Assembly (NCBI GenBank): GCA_904063045.1
Contig: CAJFCJ010000006.1
Coordinates: forward strand, 3,116,408-3,180,407
Source: Dimorphilus gyrociliatus
Lineage: Eukaryota; Animalia; Annelida
Reading direction: 5' to 3'
Length of the DNA stretch: 64,000 bases
Both the position numbers and the translations under genes were made by a program. Positions 12,182-24,414 of the stretch are shown piece after piece; the first letter of the stretch is position 1; each line of letters starts with the position of its first letter. Below the pieces are notes generated by a model. It was not told the origin of the DNA. It ran no database searches and was given only the letters and a program-made list of their open reading frames with translations.

Positions 12182-13407
12182 TTACCTAAGTCTATCAATA
12201 ATACTCTCTATATAATGAAAAAGAGGACTAGCATTGTTTTGCTGGCACATCATTTTACACCATCGATCACCTTTGGGCAATAGGTATTTTCTACGCCATT
12301 CTTTAGCCGTTTTCCATTGCTTCCGTAAACTTTCCGTATGATTGTCGCGATCGTTAACGAAAGAAATTTGAGCTGGAGATTTCATTGGAGGAAGGATTGT
12401 AGTTGTAGTTAGATAATGAGGTTCCATATCTTTTTCGTTGATTAACGGAGAAAGAAAAAAGCTTTTATCCAATTTAACTGATTTACTCTGCAAAGTTATA
12501 TAGTATAAATATTTTATAAAGTAATTTAAAAGTAAATAATGCATACTGGAGTTTCAAACGTATCGAAAGGTTTCTTATTTTCTTCGTCGTTAACTTCTTG
12601 AGTGTCACCGCGGCTGATTGAAAACTTTGGTGTAGTTGGCAATTTTGCAATATTAATAAGGGGTGATTTGTCGGGAAAAACTTGAGGCAGTTCCTGCAAA
12701 GTTAAAGCGGTTACATTTTCGGTTGTGAGATAAAATGATAGAAATTTAATGAGGGATTATACACAAGGTCGTGAAGGCGCCAAGAACTTTATAAAATGCT
12801 GTCTACGAACCTTCTCTCGTTTAGGTGTTTTGGGAGAAAGTTGTCCACCAATACAATTTATTTCCTCTTTTTCACTAACACTACTGTTCATAATTGGGCA
12901 AACTAGTATCACTGAGGGAATAACTCTATTAACTGCTTCAGTGTTAGGCTTACTGTTTTCCTTGTTTACTGTCACTTCGTCTTCGAACTTGGGAAATTCG
13001 TCGTCTTCTTGTTCTCTATTGTCTGTCATCTTACGCTTAAGTGTGGAATTCCACCTGTTTTTAACGCCATTCTCTGTCCTACCAGACAAATGTTTTGCGA
13101 TCATAGTCCACTTGTTACCATACTTTACATGTAATTTACATATCAAATCATCCTCTTCCATAGTCCATCTAGCTTTACTTATATTCGGTTGTAAGTGATT
13201 GTGCCACCTCTCTCTGCATTGTTTCGAAGTTCTATAAGTAATCTTTTCAGCTATCAAGCTCCATTTTTTGGGCCCATGTTTATTCACTAGGATTTTCAAA
13301 GCTTCATCCTCCGAGTTGGACCAGGGTCCTTTTTTTACTATTTGTTTTGAACCTTTCTCTCTTTTGCCATTTAACTTCGAAATATCGCTTTTATAACTAC
13401 TTATCAT
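12182..13407 (-). CDS. Myb-family transcription factor with only two repeats (R2R3), 3 coding exons
   Basis: KKGPWSNSEDE...KQCRERWHNHLQP...ARWTMEED...GRTENGVKNRWNSTLKRK. Predicted donor after KREK (~12808), exon ~12695-12549, last exon ~12490-12182. SP/TP sites occur in the tail. Confidence 0.85.
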
Positions 13408-13883
13408 CGCTTTTTTTTCGACACAAAGTGATAGAAATTCCACCAAGCAGACGACAAACGTAGTAAGGGCTGATAAGGGGTGTCAACTTTGGACGAGTTT
13501 AAAGACTTAAAACTTTCCAAAATAATGCTAATTATAATTGCTTAAGTTTTCAAATTATAATAAATAAATGAACCATACTTAATAAATGTTTGTATTAAAG
13601 TTCAATTTGCTGATTTATCGCAATTTAATAGATAAAAAAATTCAAAGACTTATCCGATAGGTGTCAGACACGCCGTATTAAAATTTCGTATTACGCAATA
13701 CATTCATTGACTTGAATTCATTTCTTCATTCATTAAGATAAACTATAATGATAAGTGCAATGTAAATTCAAGTTTTATCCATTTTGATGCTAATCTATTA
13801 ATTGGGCAAAAATAACGGTAAAATATGAATTTTTGATGCAATTTATTAATTTCTATCGTAGAGATAAAAATGAACTGTACAAT

Positions 13884-15948
13884 TCATTTATTATTATTAA
13901 GCATTGTTAATAATTTTGTATTACTCTCGTTATCATTGTAGACAAAAACTGTTGCAATTTCGTCAAATTCGTGTAAACGCCCTAAAAACGTATCCAATAT
14001 CCTTAAACCGGAAATAGGCTAAAAAATGAAAGCATTCAGTAAAAAGTAAAAGGGTGTCGTAATGTTACATAAATTATCCCTTTAGTTTCTCTTCTCACCT
14101 GAATTCCTAGTTTCATTGGAAAGAGCGTAAAATTTAGCACAATAGACCCATTAGACGGAAGTGTGTCAAGTACATGGTTACATTTTCCGCACCATTGAAT
14201 ACCATCGGATGTTGAATGATGAAAGAAAACTCTGAGATCCATTGATCTTTCACTATTTAAATAACAATATTTGGATTAATAATCTATTAATTAAAATCTG
14301 CTACAAAAGTGAATAAAAACTCAAACCTTGAATTCATAATTTTTAATTGAATTGTAAATTTTTCTTCAATTTTACTTGACGTTGGAATATCTTCTATAAA
14401 TATTCTGATATCACCAAAATCTGGTGCCTATATTTCACATGTTATTTTTTAATAATGACCTAATTAATTATTAGAAGAATTTCTTTACCGCTCTTTGAAG
14501 AGCACTTGTTTGCAACCGTGCTCTTTCACCTAAACTAGTTTTCCATATGATATCCAATTTTCCTATTTGAGTACTAGCTGAAAGTACATATATACTTATA
14601 TATATATATATATATACTGTATATATACTCATTTATCAATGAATACAATATACCTTTTAATAACTTATGATCAGCATATAAGTGAGGTTTTGGTTTGAAA
14701 CGATATAAAAATTGATGAACATCTTGAGCATTTATTAATTTTGCAAGATTATCTTCTTCTTGTCTAATTGAATAATAAAAAGAAAAATCTAATTTTAAAT
14801 CGAGATTATTCATTAGAACTAATAATAGAAACTTACTGGAACGCATTATATTCTTTTACCAAGAAATTTTCGCTGGGATGCATAGAAACTTCTTCTAAAT
14901 ACATAGGACTTAAAGTTAAATTTTGTATCTGAGCCTCTAAAAACATTTCATCTGACGGAGAATTGTAAAATGTTGTCCTAACATCCAAAGGTTTATGGAC
15001 CTATATAAACAATTAATTACGTAATATGATATATCAGTGTAATTGATGAATGTTTACATTAAATTTAAAGAATTTCTTAAAGTTTTTCTCTCCAGACGGC
15101 GTATTATATTGAACAGTGCAGACTAGACTGGAAAAATAATAGAATATTAACGAGTGGAGGGGAGAGGACTATTTTCATAATATTCTCATTTACATATGCA
15201 TTCCAAGCTCTTTAATTTCGTGATTAATAACGTCATCTATACTTTGCCCAGATCCCAATTCGGCAACTATTGGCGTCGTTGATAAATTTGTTCTGGTAGA
15301 ACTTGTTGCTGTTTGAAGGTCAGTCTGGTAAGAATAGAGAGTGTTTATTTAACAACACACTGATTTTGTTTGCTTATTTGTTGTTTGTTTTTTTATGGAT
15401 AGGCTAATGTGTTTACCTTTACGAATACGTCTTTACAGCCTTGTTTACTGTCATTATGAACGCTTATATAGCTGGAGAATACTTCACCCAAAAATATATT
15501 CCTTTTCAAATGAAACATTAAAATTATAATCATTCTGTTTTTTTTAAATATTCCAATAGAAAAAAAGAACATTTCTTACCCAAAATTTTGTGGAAGTGTT
15601 AAAAATTTACTTAGAGATATTTCTTCATTGTTTTCTATAAGAGTCATGTTACTTTTGGCAGCTTGATCGAAAGCTTTTCCTGGAAGATCCCTTGTTTCGT
15701 TGGGATTTATATGATTCGTTAGAAAAGTTGGCTTCGTTAGACGCATAACTAAACAAGAAAATAGTTGGTTTAGCTACACTGTCAATTATATTATTTCATT
15801 CTTTCGATACATATTGAGTAGTTTTTATATATGTAAATAACCCCATACATTTTACCAAATTTTTCACATGGATACAAACATTGTTAGTAAACAATTCTTT
15901 ACCTTTTAAAGCTAACGGATGCTCCCGGTTACTAGACGAATTATCCAT
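13884..15948 (-). CDS. TRAPPC13: Trafficking protein particle complex subunit 13 (~11 exons)
   Basis: Spliced translation [15 protein letters not shown]...[25 protein letters not shown]...KKFFKF...KPLDVRT...FLEAQIQN...[25 protein letters not shown]...[11 protein letters not shown] matches TRAPPC13 along its full length. Confidence 0.95.
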
Positions 15949-16613
15949 TATGACTATAATAATACTTTTAACTAATAGTTGAGGATTTTATACTTAATAT
16001 TTATGTAAGAGGAAATACTATGATGGGTATGACTAAATAATGTATGGTTTTATTCTTACTATGTTGCAATTTGTGTAATATGATCCTTGTACATATGTAT
16101 GTTACATATGTACAGATGTATAAATATATATTGAGGTGAAAATAACAAATATGTCATGTTCAAATGTTATTCAATTCTAAATTTAAGCTCTCTAAAAATA
16201 TCTCAAGTGGGGAAGTAAACTTCAGAAAATTTAATTGAATTTAAACCGATTGATTTATTTTTCAGCGATATACTCAGTATTCAATCTTATAACCGAAAAA
16301 AGGATATTTTATTATAAAAGTTTGCAGTAAAAATTGCGTAATTCCCAGGTAACATAGTTTAGGCTTACCTACGAAATTTTATATATAAAAAATACGTGGC
16401 AACACATGATTCGTTAATTTTTTACTCTAAAATTTAGAACATAGGATGCTCTGAAGCTCACTTGTCAATTGTAAAATTGAATGATAGCGAGCACAAGCTT
16501 CTGGTTGGCATCACGTTCTTTACTTTATTTAAAAACATTGCTACGTAATTTGGCATCGTTTACGTTTCGTAGTGATCTTTAATATCGTTTCCAAAACAGA
16601 TCTATTGGAGGAT

Positions 16614-17571
16614 ATGATATTTGATCGACGAGCGTTACTGCAATTCTCTGCTATATTTCTGCTCGTTCCCGTACAGTACTTAGTAACTAAGTATTCTTCA
16701 AATACCGCGACTGAACAAACACAATCGATTAAACAGTAAGTCTTAATTTAAAATTACCTTTAGAGATATTCAAGCGTTTCTTTTCTAAAGATTGGTTCGA
16801 TCGATAAGAACATTCAGTGACAAATATCTCTCTCTGTATTCTTGGAAAACCTGGTCAAAAGAACTTATTTTAAAGTTTTCAGGACTTAAAAAGCGAAAAT
16901 TAAAAGTAGATAAAGCCGCGAAGAATAAGAAAGAAATGGGTGGTGAAAGCTTCGGTCAGAGTCCTGCTGTTGAAGTTCGAAAGATGAAAGATCCAAACGG
17001 ATATTTTGCTTGTAAATAGAAATAATAACAAATATATCAGAACCTTTTTTTATATTACGAAATATTGTTCAACAGCGTCTCCAGAAGTTAGAAGTCCAAG
17101 ACCAGCGCACGTTAAATATCGTATCGGTCAAGTTATGAAGCACAAGAAATGGGGCTATAGGGGTATAATTGTTGGTTGGGATGTTAGAGCAAGAGTATGA
17201 ATATTTTACATTTATTAATTCAATATGTAAATTAACAATTCAAGTTTTTTAAAAAGGCGCCGGAAGAATGGCTAAGACAAATGCATCCTCCAGATAAACC
17301 AGTATGTTGATAGATATTTTAATATTCTTGATTTTTTTTTAACAACATTTATGCTTTTACATAGCATTGGAGGGATTATCCTAATTACTCGATAATAGTC
17401 GATACAAGAGATAGGCCTGATGGACAAACGACATACGTGGCAGAAGAAAATATTGAAATTGTTTCCAATACAAAGGTAATGCACCCGCAAACGGATAAAC
17501 ATTTTGAATCTTGGGACGGGGCTCAATACATAGCTAGGCCTTGGCTAAAGGAGTTATATCCGCACGACTAG
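16614..17571 (+). CDS. HspQ/YccV-like (hemimethylated-DNA-binding-like) domain protein with a hydrophobic N-terminus, 5 exons
   Basis: MIFDRRALLQFSAIFLLVPVQYLV... followed by VKYRIGQVMKHKKWGYRGIIVGWD...PNYSIIVDTRDRPDGQTTYVAEENI...HP...HFESWDGAQYI...YPHD*, the YccV consensus. Confidence 0.85.
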
Positions 17572-17943
17572 CAAAGTGTTAAAAAAAAGAAACTGTTACA
17601 ATGAAATAATATGTGTATGTCTTTATCATTTTTTTCCTTATATAATACTTTTTATTGCAAATTTTACTAATTTAAAAAGTATAATTTGCTTATTTTAATT
17701 TATGCAAATATGATATACAGTATATATATGCTGTATACTGTATACTGCATATATGTGTTATTTTAATATTCTTATATATATATTTAAAGAAATAGACAGC
17801 AAAAAGTGGTTTTTTTGGCATAATTCGTTTGCATGAGAGTGTGCAGATTTTTATTAACAATATGGAAAATATTCGTAATCCATACTATAGACGTAAAAAG
17901 ACAATTGAAAACAATTTTAGTAGAAAAAAAGAAAATCCTTGAC

Positions 17944-20900
17944 CTAGGATGTATCTCTTATCAAATTTAGGGCTTCAGGCTTTACCCTCTCTGGATCAAT
18001 AAGATCTCCAATCTTTAATATATGCATTTTAAGACGATCAAATTCTGATTCCGGACAAGAGCGTAGTCTTTCAAGTAAATAGTCTAAAATTGCTTTAAAA
18101 GTTTCGTCAGCTGGGCGTGAACAATAACAAATATTAACGATAGCTGGGAGAGAATCTTCCAAATTTGAATTCTTCAATTCAGATAATAGCTTTTCAAGAC
18201 ATAAAGTCCGTAATTTCCGATGATCGATCAATGATAACCAAATAATTACACAATGTTGAACACATGGCCAGTCTTTTTCAAATAGTTCTTTTAATAATTT
18301 TTCCAAGTTTGCTTTATGTTGAGGTTTCCACTGTATTAGCTGTCTAATAATATTTCTGTGCTTTATATAAGACGTAGGCCTTGATTTTAATTTATAAGTC
18401 CAACTAAATTCCAGTATTTTTAATAAATAACATTCTGTAAAATGATTTTCAATCAGTATTATAATAATGTAAATTATGAATAGCCTAAATACCTTTATTT
18501 TTATTGAAGATATCCGGCCAAATGGCTGCAATACTTATCAGTAAATCGTCTATAGAAAATATTCTTGTTTCAATAAGGCTCACAATTAAATTTTTACATA
18601 TAACATCTTCATTTAAAACCCTCAATAGGCCAGCAACATAACGTCTGTAAAGATGGGTATAAAGGTATAATATATTTTTTAAAAATGTGTAATAATACTT
18701 ACATTACACTGGATTTTCTATCGCAATCACCATTATTAACAGTCATAAATTCAAGTGTCTTGGGTACAATTATCGTCTTTAATTCATCCATCTGTTGAAA
18801 ATCATAAAACGTATAATTATTAAAAATTTACATTTAAAAAATATAAGTAATTCACCTTGTCGGGTAACATTTTTAAAATATGTTGAGTAACAATTATCAT
18901 ACGCTCTTCATAAAAGTATAAAACAGGTGTCCATTCATTTTTATTAAATGATTTCGATTGAATTCGATGAAATATATCCAGGGTAGATTTCTTTCCGTGA
19001 ATTGCTACAATTTCGAAAGCTGCATCGACTAATTTACTAATATCTTGAATATGGGTTGAAATATTTTCAATAAATTTATCGATATTCTTCTCTTCTAAAG
19101 TTGGTAAACTAATGCGAATTTTTAATTCTAAACCATTTTCAAAATGTGGTAAAATTGTTTCTGATGGCTTGTCAATTTTAATATTCTGATTGAAAAGAGT
19201 TTTTTCTGATGATTTATCAACATTTGGATTGCTAGTCGAAATATTTTTTTCAAACTTCACATCTAATCTTGGCTTTTTAGCAGAAATTTCACTCGCCAAA
19301 TCTTTTTCAGGAGATGATGATATAACCATTTTTCGTTTTTGCCTTCCTCTTGTGTTTTCTGACGTTGTTTGTTCATTTGAGGAATCAAGATTTTCATCAA
19401 AATTTTTAAATATTGGGTCATCATTTAAATTTTTTCTTCTCTGCCTATTTCCCCATTCCTCCACAATGGTGTTCAGTCCTTCATCAATAACTAATTGTTC
19501 TTCTTCGGTATCATCATCAGAACATAAAATTGGTGCAGTGTAATTTTCAAGTGTATCTTTATCTTCATCTTTTAAAACTTGTTGACTATTCTTGTGCTCT
19601 GCTTTTTCGTTTTCGTGAGAGATACAATTATCTAGAGTTCGATCATATTCTTCTGCTACATTTAATTCTGGTGTTTCTTGACTTAATGAGTCTTTAATGA
19701 TTGAATCATGAGTTTTATCCATTTTGGCATTTGTTAATAATTTTTCATTTGATGTGGACTTTTCAATTGGATTTTTGGCTTCATTCTCACTTTTAACTTT
19801 ATCTAATTGATGGCGATTACTGTCTTCCTCGTTAATTTCTTTCATTCGAACATCTTCAATGCTATTGTTCGAACTGATATTCAGAGATTTTGTTATTTCA
19901 AGTTTCTTGTTCTCCTCTATGCTAGTAGTCTTGCTTGGTGCTTCTATCTTCTGCCTATCATTAGCTTCAATTTTTTTGTTGTCTTCCATGTTAGTGATCT
20001 TGCTTGATGCTTCAACCTTCTGGCTGTTATCAGTTTCGATGTTCTTGTTATCTTTCATGTTAGTTGTCTTGCTTGCTGCTTCAACTTTCTGGCTGTTATC
20101 AGTTTCAATTTTCTTGTTGTCTTTCATGTTAGTAGTCTTGCTTGCTGCTTCAACCTTCTCCCTGTCATCAGAACCATCTATAGTACTTGTCACTTTCAGC
20201 CTCTTGGTAACTTGAGTACTCGTCTGTTTGCCTGCCACTTCAATCTTGCTACTCGCTTCCCGATGTTTCGGCTTCCTTCTATCTATCAGCTCCTTTTCAG
20301 CAGCCATATTGTTATTCATCTTGCATGGTTTTTCCGTTTCCTCACTGGCCTCAGCTATATTCGTTTTGTTCAACTTCTCATCTTCACCTATATTATTCGT
20401 CTGGCTTCCCTCTTCCAACTCTTCGTAATCGTCCTCCATATTCTCATCATCTTCTATATTATTTGTATCGCTTGGAATATCATATTCTTCAGCAATGTTC
20501 GTATTATTTTTTACTTTATGCTCCTGATCATCCTTTGAATGCTCTATATTGCTTGTTACTCCAATACTCTTTTCGTCTTCGCTGCAATTCGCCCGATTCG
20601 GCAGCTCAACATCATGGTTCTCCTCTGAGTCTACATTCATATCCTCAACCGAATTGTCCGAGTCCTCATCTAAGTCATCTTGATCACTGCTTTCAGAATC
20701 ATCAAAAACGGATCTGTAAGTTGGTTCTTGATTTTCGAATTTTTCACTATTTCCTGAGGTGTCCGATTTTTCTTTGGCAAGTGACTAAAATCGTGAACAG
20801 TGAATAGAAAATAGATAAACGTTTAATAAGATTTAATATAAGTTTAATACCTGAGTTTTTAATGGTGATAGGCAGAGTGGAACAAGCATTTCCTGGAAAA

Positions 20901-23900
20901 TGTCGGATGGATCAATAAGCGATTGTTTCTTTTGAAGAGAATCATAGTCAGGTTTGTCAGATAGAGATTTTCGAGAAGTTTGCCGGCTCATAGGAGGTTT
21001 TGAAGAACTTTCTTTAAAGACGTTTTGCGGTTGTTTTACTACATCTTGTTGGTTTTGAACCTGCTGTTCCACAATTTCTTCCTGTTCTTTATGCTTCGAC
21101 GTTTCTTGTTGCTGTGGTGTACAATTTACTCCTTCTTGTTCTTGTTTTGCTATTTCCTGCTCTGAGTGTTGTTTTAAAGGTTGAGGTAGAAGTGGAGTTG
21201 AACTTGGGACAAATGAAATTGGTTTCCTGGGTATAGGTTTTTTTTGGGGAGATTGCCGCTTGCTGGTTTGACTATGTACAGCCGTCGGTGGAGATGTTTT
21301 TGTTGTAATACTAATTTCTGAATTTATAGTCGGTTGAGGAGGTTGACCATGACCTTGAGGAGGCAAAGATGTTGCTGGTGAAAGAAGAGGCGGAAGGAGT
21401 TGAGAAGGTAAAATATGTTTTGTTTGAGATTTCAACGAAGTTGTTGGTTGTATAGTAGAGACATTTGTTGAATTTTTTAAATTAAAAAAGATTTTTTCAA
21501 GAGCTCTTTTAGTGTCTAATTCATCTTGAAGTCGTTTTTCAGCCTGTTGCCTATCTTTTTCATGTCGTTTAATATTTTCCGAATTAACTGAAATATAAAT
21601 AATTACGGTCATTGACTATTATTTTTATATACGAATAACATACTTGAAATAAGTTGCTCTAATTGTTTTTGAATTTGATTATCAATGGCAAAATTACAAT
21701 TTTTATTTCTTCTTTCATTTTCCAATTTATCTCGAGCAATTTTTAATTCATCTATAAAAAAGAAATAGCTCAATTTAAAAGTATCAAAAAATTTTCTTAT
21801 AGGTCTAAATTGAATGAGTCATTTTATTCTTATATATATACAGTATATATATATAGACTTTATATATATTTCAATACGACTGTTTTCGCAGGCCAAAGTA
21901 AACGTTCTAAATCGGTTGAATTCGTAATCAGATAAACATCGGATATGTAAATGATAACAGAAGTGAAATCTGGACTTATTTGAAAAAATGACCGAATTGT
22001 TAAAACTATCCGTAATTCTAATGTTAATTTTCAGTGTACATTCGAATTCATCTAATATCACGATAAAATCATCGAGAGATAATTGGGGTACTGGGAGACA
22101 AGCAAAATATGAATGTAGCTCGAAAATAATTAAGGATATAACATGGTACGATGAAACCGCAACCGAAATAAACATCTTTAACAGTACAAGAAAATATCAA
22201 GTAAAGAATGATTTAATCATTAAGGATATAAGATTAAACGACTCTGGGATATATATATGCTCTGATGGTTACACAAGTCAAAATGTAACAGTAAACGTAT
22301 TCATAATGCCCAGTTATCTTGTGGCTGGGATTGTTATAATAAGTATAAATCTAGCGTTAATTATACTTTTTGTAGGCTGTCTCATTAGATCTTATTTTAC
22401 AAACAAAAAGACGAAAAAAAAGAAAAATTTGCCTTTATAAATAAAATTTTATCACGGTGACACCTGATCATCTCAATTACTATTTAAAATTCAATGGCAA
22501 AATTCTCTTATAGAATCGAATTAGTATTACTATGCTAACGACTTCACAACTATTTACTACTTACCTTGGAATTTTGAACATTTTATCTTTAGAGCTTCAA
22601 CTTCAGTTTCAGCGTGTGATTTGGACTTTTGCAATAGTTGACATTCTTTTAATTGTTGGTTTTTTTCGTATGTCAGTTGTTTAATAGTTTCTTTAAGTTC
22701 ATTAATACTGTGAAGTTAAATTTACGTGAAAGTAAAAACTACATATGTTCTTTAAAATATAAACAGTCTTTATATATATATATATATAACTTACATATTA
22801 GACCAATCAGTGAGCTCTTCTACTGGTTTTACAATATCTTGAAAATCTTTGCGACTTGAATGAAATTTCGTATTAGCTTCTTCCAGTAGTTGAATGCTAA
22901 AAATAAATATTTCATCTAATTGAATTTTACTCTAAAAAATAAAAAATATAAACAAACCGTTGTTGGAATGTTTCGTTAGCTTCAAACAACTCGTCTCGTC
23001 TCATGGTTAATTTACTAATTGTTTCTTGAAGTTCTTTAATGCTGAAAAAATAATAATTAAAATTATTTAATGAATTTTTAAAATAATAAATTAATTAAAT
23101 TTCTATTACGATTGATCTTGAATATTCAATCTTTTGTTTTCTTCCAATATTCTTCTATTTTCTTTTTTTACTTCCTGTAATGATGCTTTTAGATCTTCGA
23201 TCCTAAGATTAAATATCAAGAATAATTGTTAATATGCTTATTTAATAAAAAATCAAAAAGAGCTTTTTACGTTTTCGTGTAGTCTTTATTATCTTTTTGT
23301 TTCTTTTTTGTTTCTTTTAATTCTTGCTTTATTAGTTTTTCTTTACGTTCGTAATCTTTAACTTTCTCTTCAAAGTCTTCAAATATGGATTTATATTGTT
23401 TGTCTTTTGACTATTGATTTATATATGTATATTAGTAATTAGTTGTGTTTTGAATATAACAACAACAATATTTGTATTTTTACCTCTGAAGCACTTATTG
23501 TCAATTCTAATTCTTCAATTTTTTTTTGAAGAGTTTCAACGGCGGCAACCTGTAAGGAAACAAGGTATATTACATATTATAAATAGGTATTTATATTATT
23601 ATTGTAAAGCTTACAAGCATATAGAGTACTTACGTTTTTCTTGCTTTGTTTCTCACTACTAGTTAATCGTTGTATTTGAGCTTTAAATATGGAAATTTCG
23701 CTTAAAAGATACAAAATTGTATTAGTATTGTTAAAAAATATGCCATTAGCTGCTACCTTTCTAAATGAGAAATTGTGTTATCCTTTTTTTTACTTTCTTC
23801 TTTTAGTCCGTTAGCTTCTGAAATAATTGGTCTGCCAAAAAATTTTTGATTTAAATAATTGTTACAAAATTTTAAAGTAACGATCTCACCTATCTTTAAA

Positions 23901-24067
23901 TAGCACAGTTTTCAAGTTAGTTATTGTTTTCACAAGAGATTGAGTTTGCTGTAAAATATCGCACGAGAATTCAAATTAAGGAATCGAACGAATTTGAGAT
24001 ATATACTTACTCTCTGTAATAAATGACACTTTTCGCAATTATTTGACCCACTCACAAGGTTTTGCAT
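17944..24067 (-). CDS. ICE1: ICE1-like (little elongation complex subunit 1 / KIAA0947-like) coiled-coil protein, many exons
   Basis: N-terminal CEKCHLLQ followed by multi-exon coiled coil, a long low-complexity middle (ORFs 21612-20833 and 20640-18820), and a helical C-terminus with RYVAGLLRVL...LLISIAAIWPDIF, resembling ICE1 RVYVGICRQL...LFIANMWHDIF. The start codon and exact exon boundaries are approximate. Confidence 0.6.
19895..20163 (-). repeat. 69-bp (23-aa) coding tandem repeat, ~4 copies
   Basis: Unit KVEAASKTTNMKDNKKIETDNSQ. The plus-strand anchor gcttg(c/a/g)tgct recurs at 19933, 20002, 20071 and 20140, exactly 69 bp apart. Confidence 0.93.
21988..22440 (+). CDS. Intronless single-Ig-domain type I membrane protein nested antisense in an intron of the ICE1-like gene
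   Basis: Signal peptide, Ig core (YEC...ITW...LIIKDIRLNDSGIYIC), five N-X-S/T sites, a TM helix and a basic tail. AATAAA lies at the stop. The ORF sits inside the host intron ~21754-22563. Confidence 0.85.
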   Translation: MTELLKLSVILMLIFSVHSNSSNITIKSSRDNWGTGRQAKYECSSKIIKDITWYDETATEINIFNSTRKYQVKNDLIIKDIRLNDSGIYICSDGYTSQNVTVNVFIMPSYLVAGIVIISINLALIILFVGCLIRSYFTNKKTKKKKNLPL

Positions 24068-24414
24068 ATTTATTCAAAATGAATTGGTTAAAGGAACTTT
24101 ATCTGCAGATTTTCTGTTTTCGAAGGAGTTCTGTTGAACGCATCCCTAACGAAGTTTGCTAATGTCAAGGACGATACTTTCTATTCCGCCAGAACCATAC
24201 TTATTTGAAAGTTTTTTTAGGCTAAATGGCGGGAAGATTGTTTTGAAATGTAATGGTATGTTTTTAAAAAGTATTTCGAAAGATGCGAGTAAACCTAAGT
24301 ATCAACAGATTCAAATACCTACGATAGATTACAATCGAAAATTGAAACAATAAGATTTTTTGTAATAGATAATATAAATATGATAAAAGTTATATATTCT
24401 TCAATGAACCAAAA

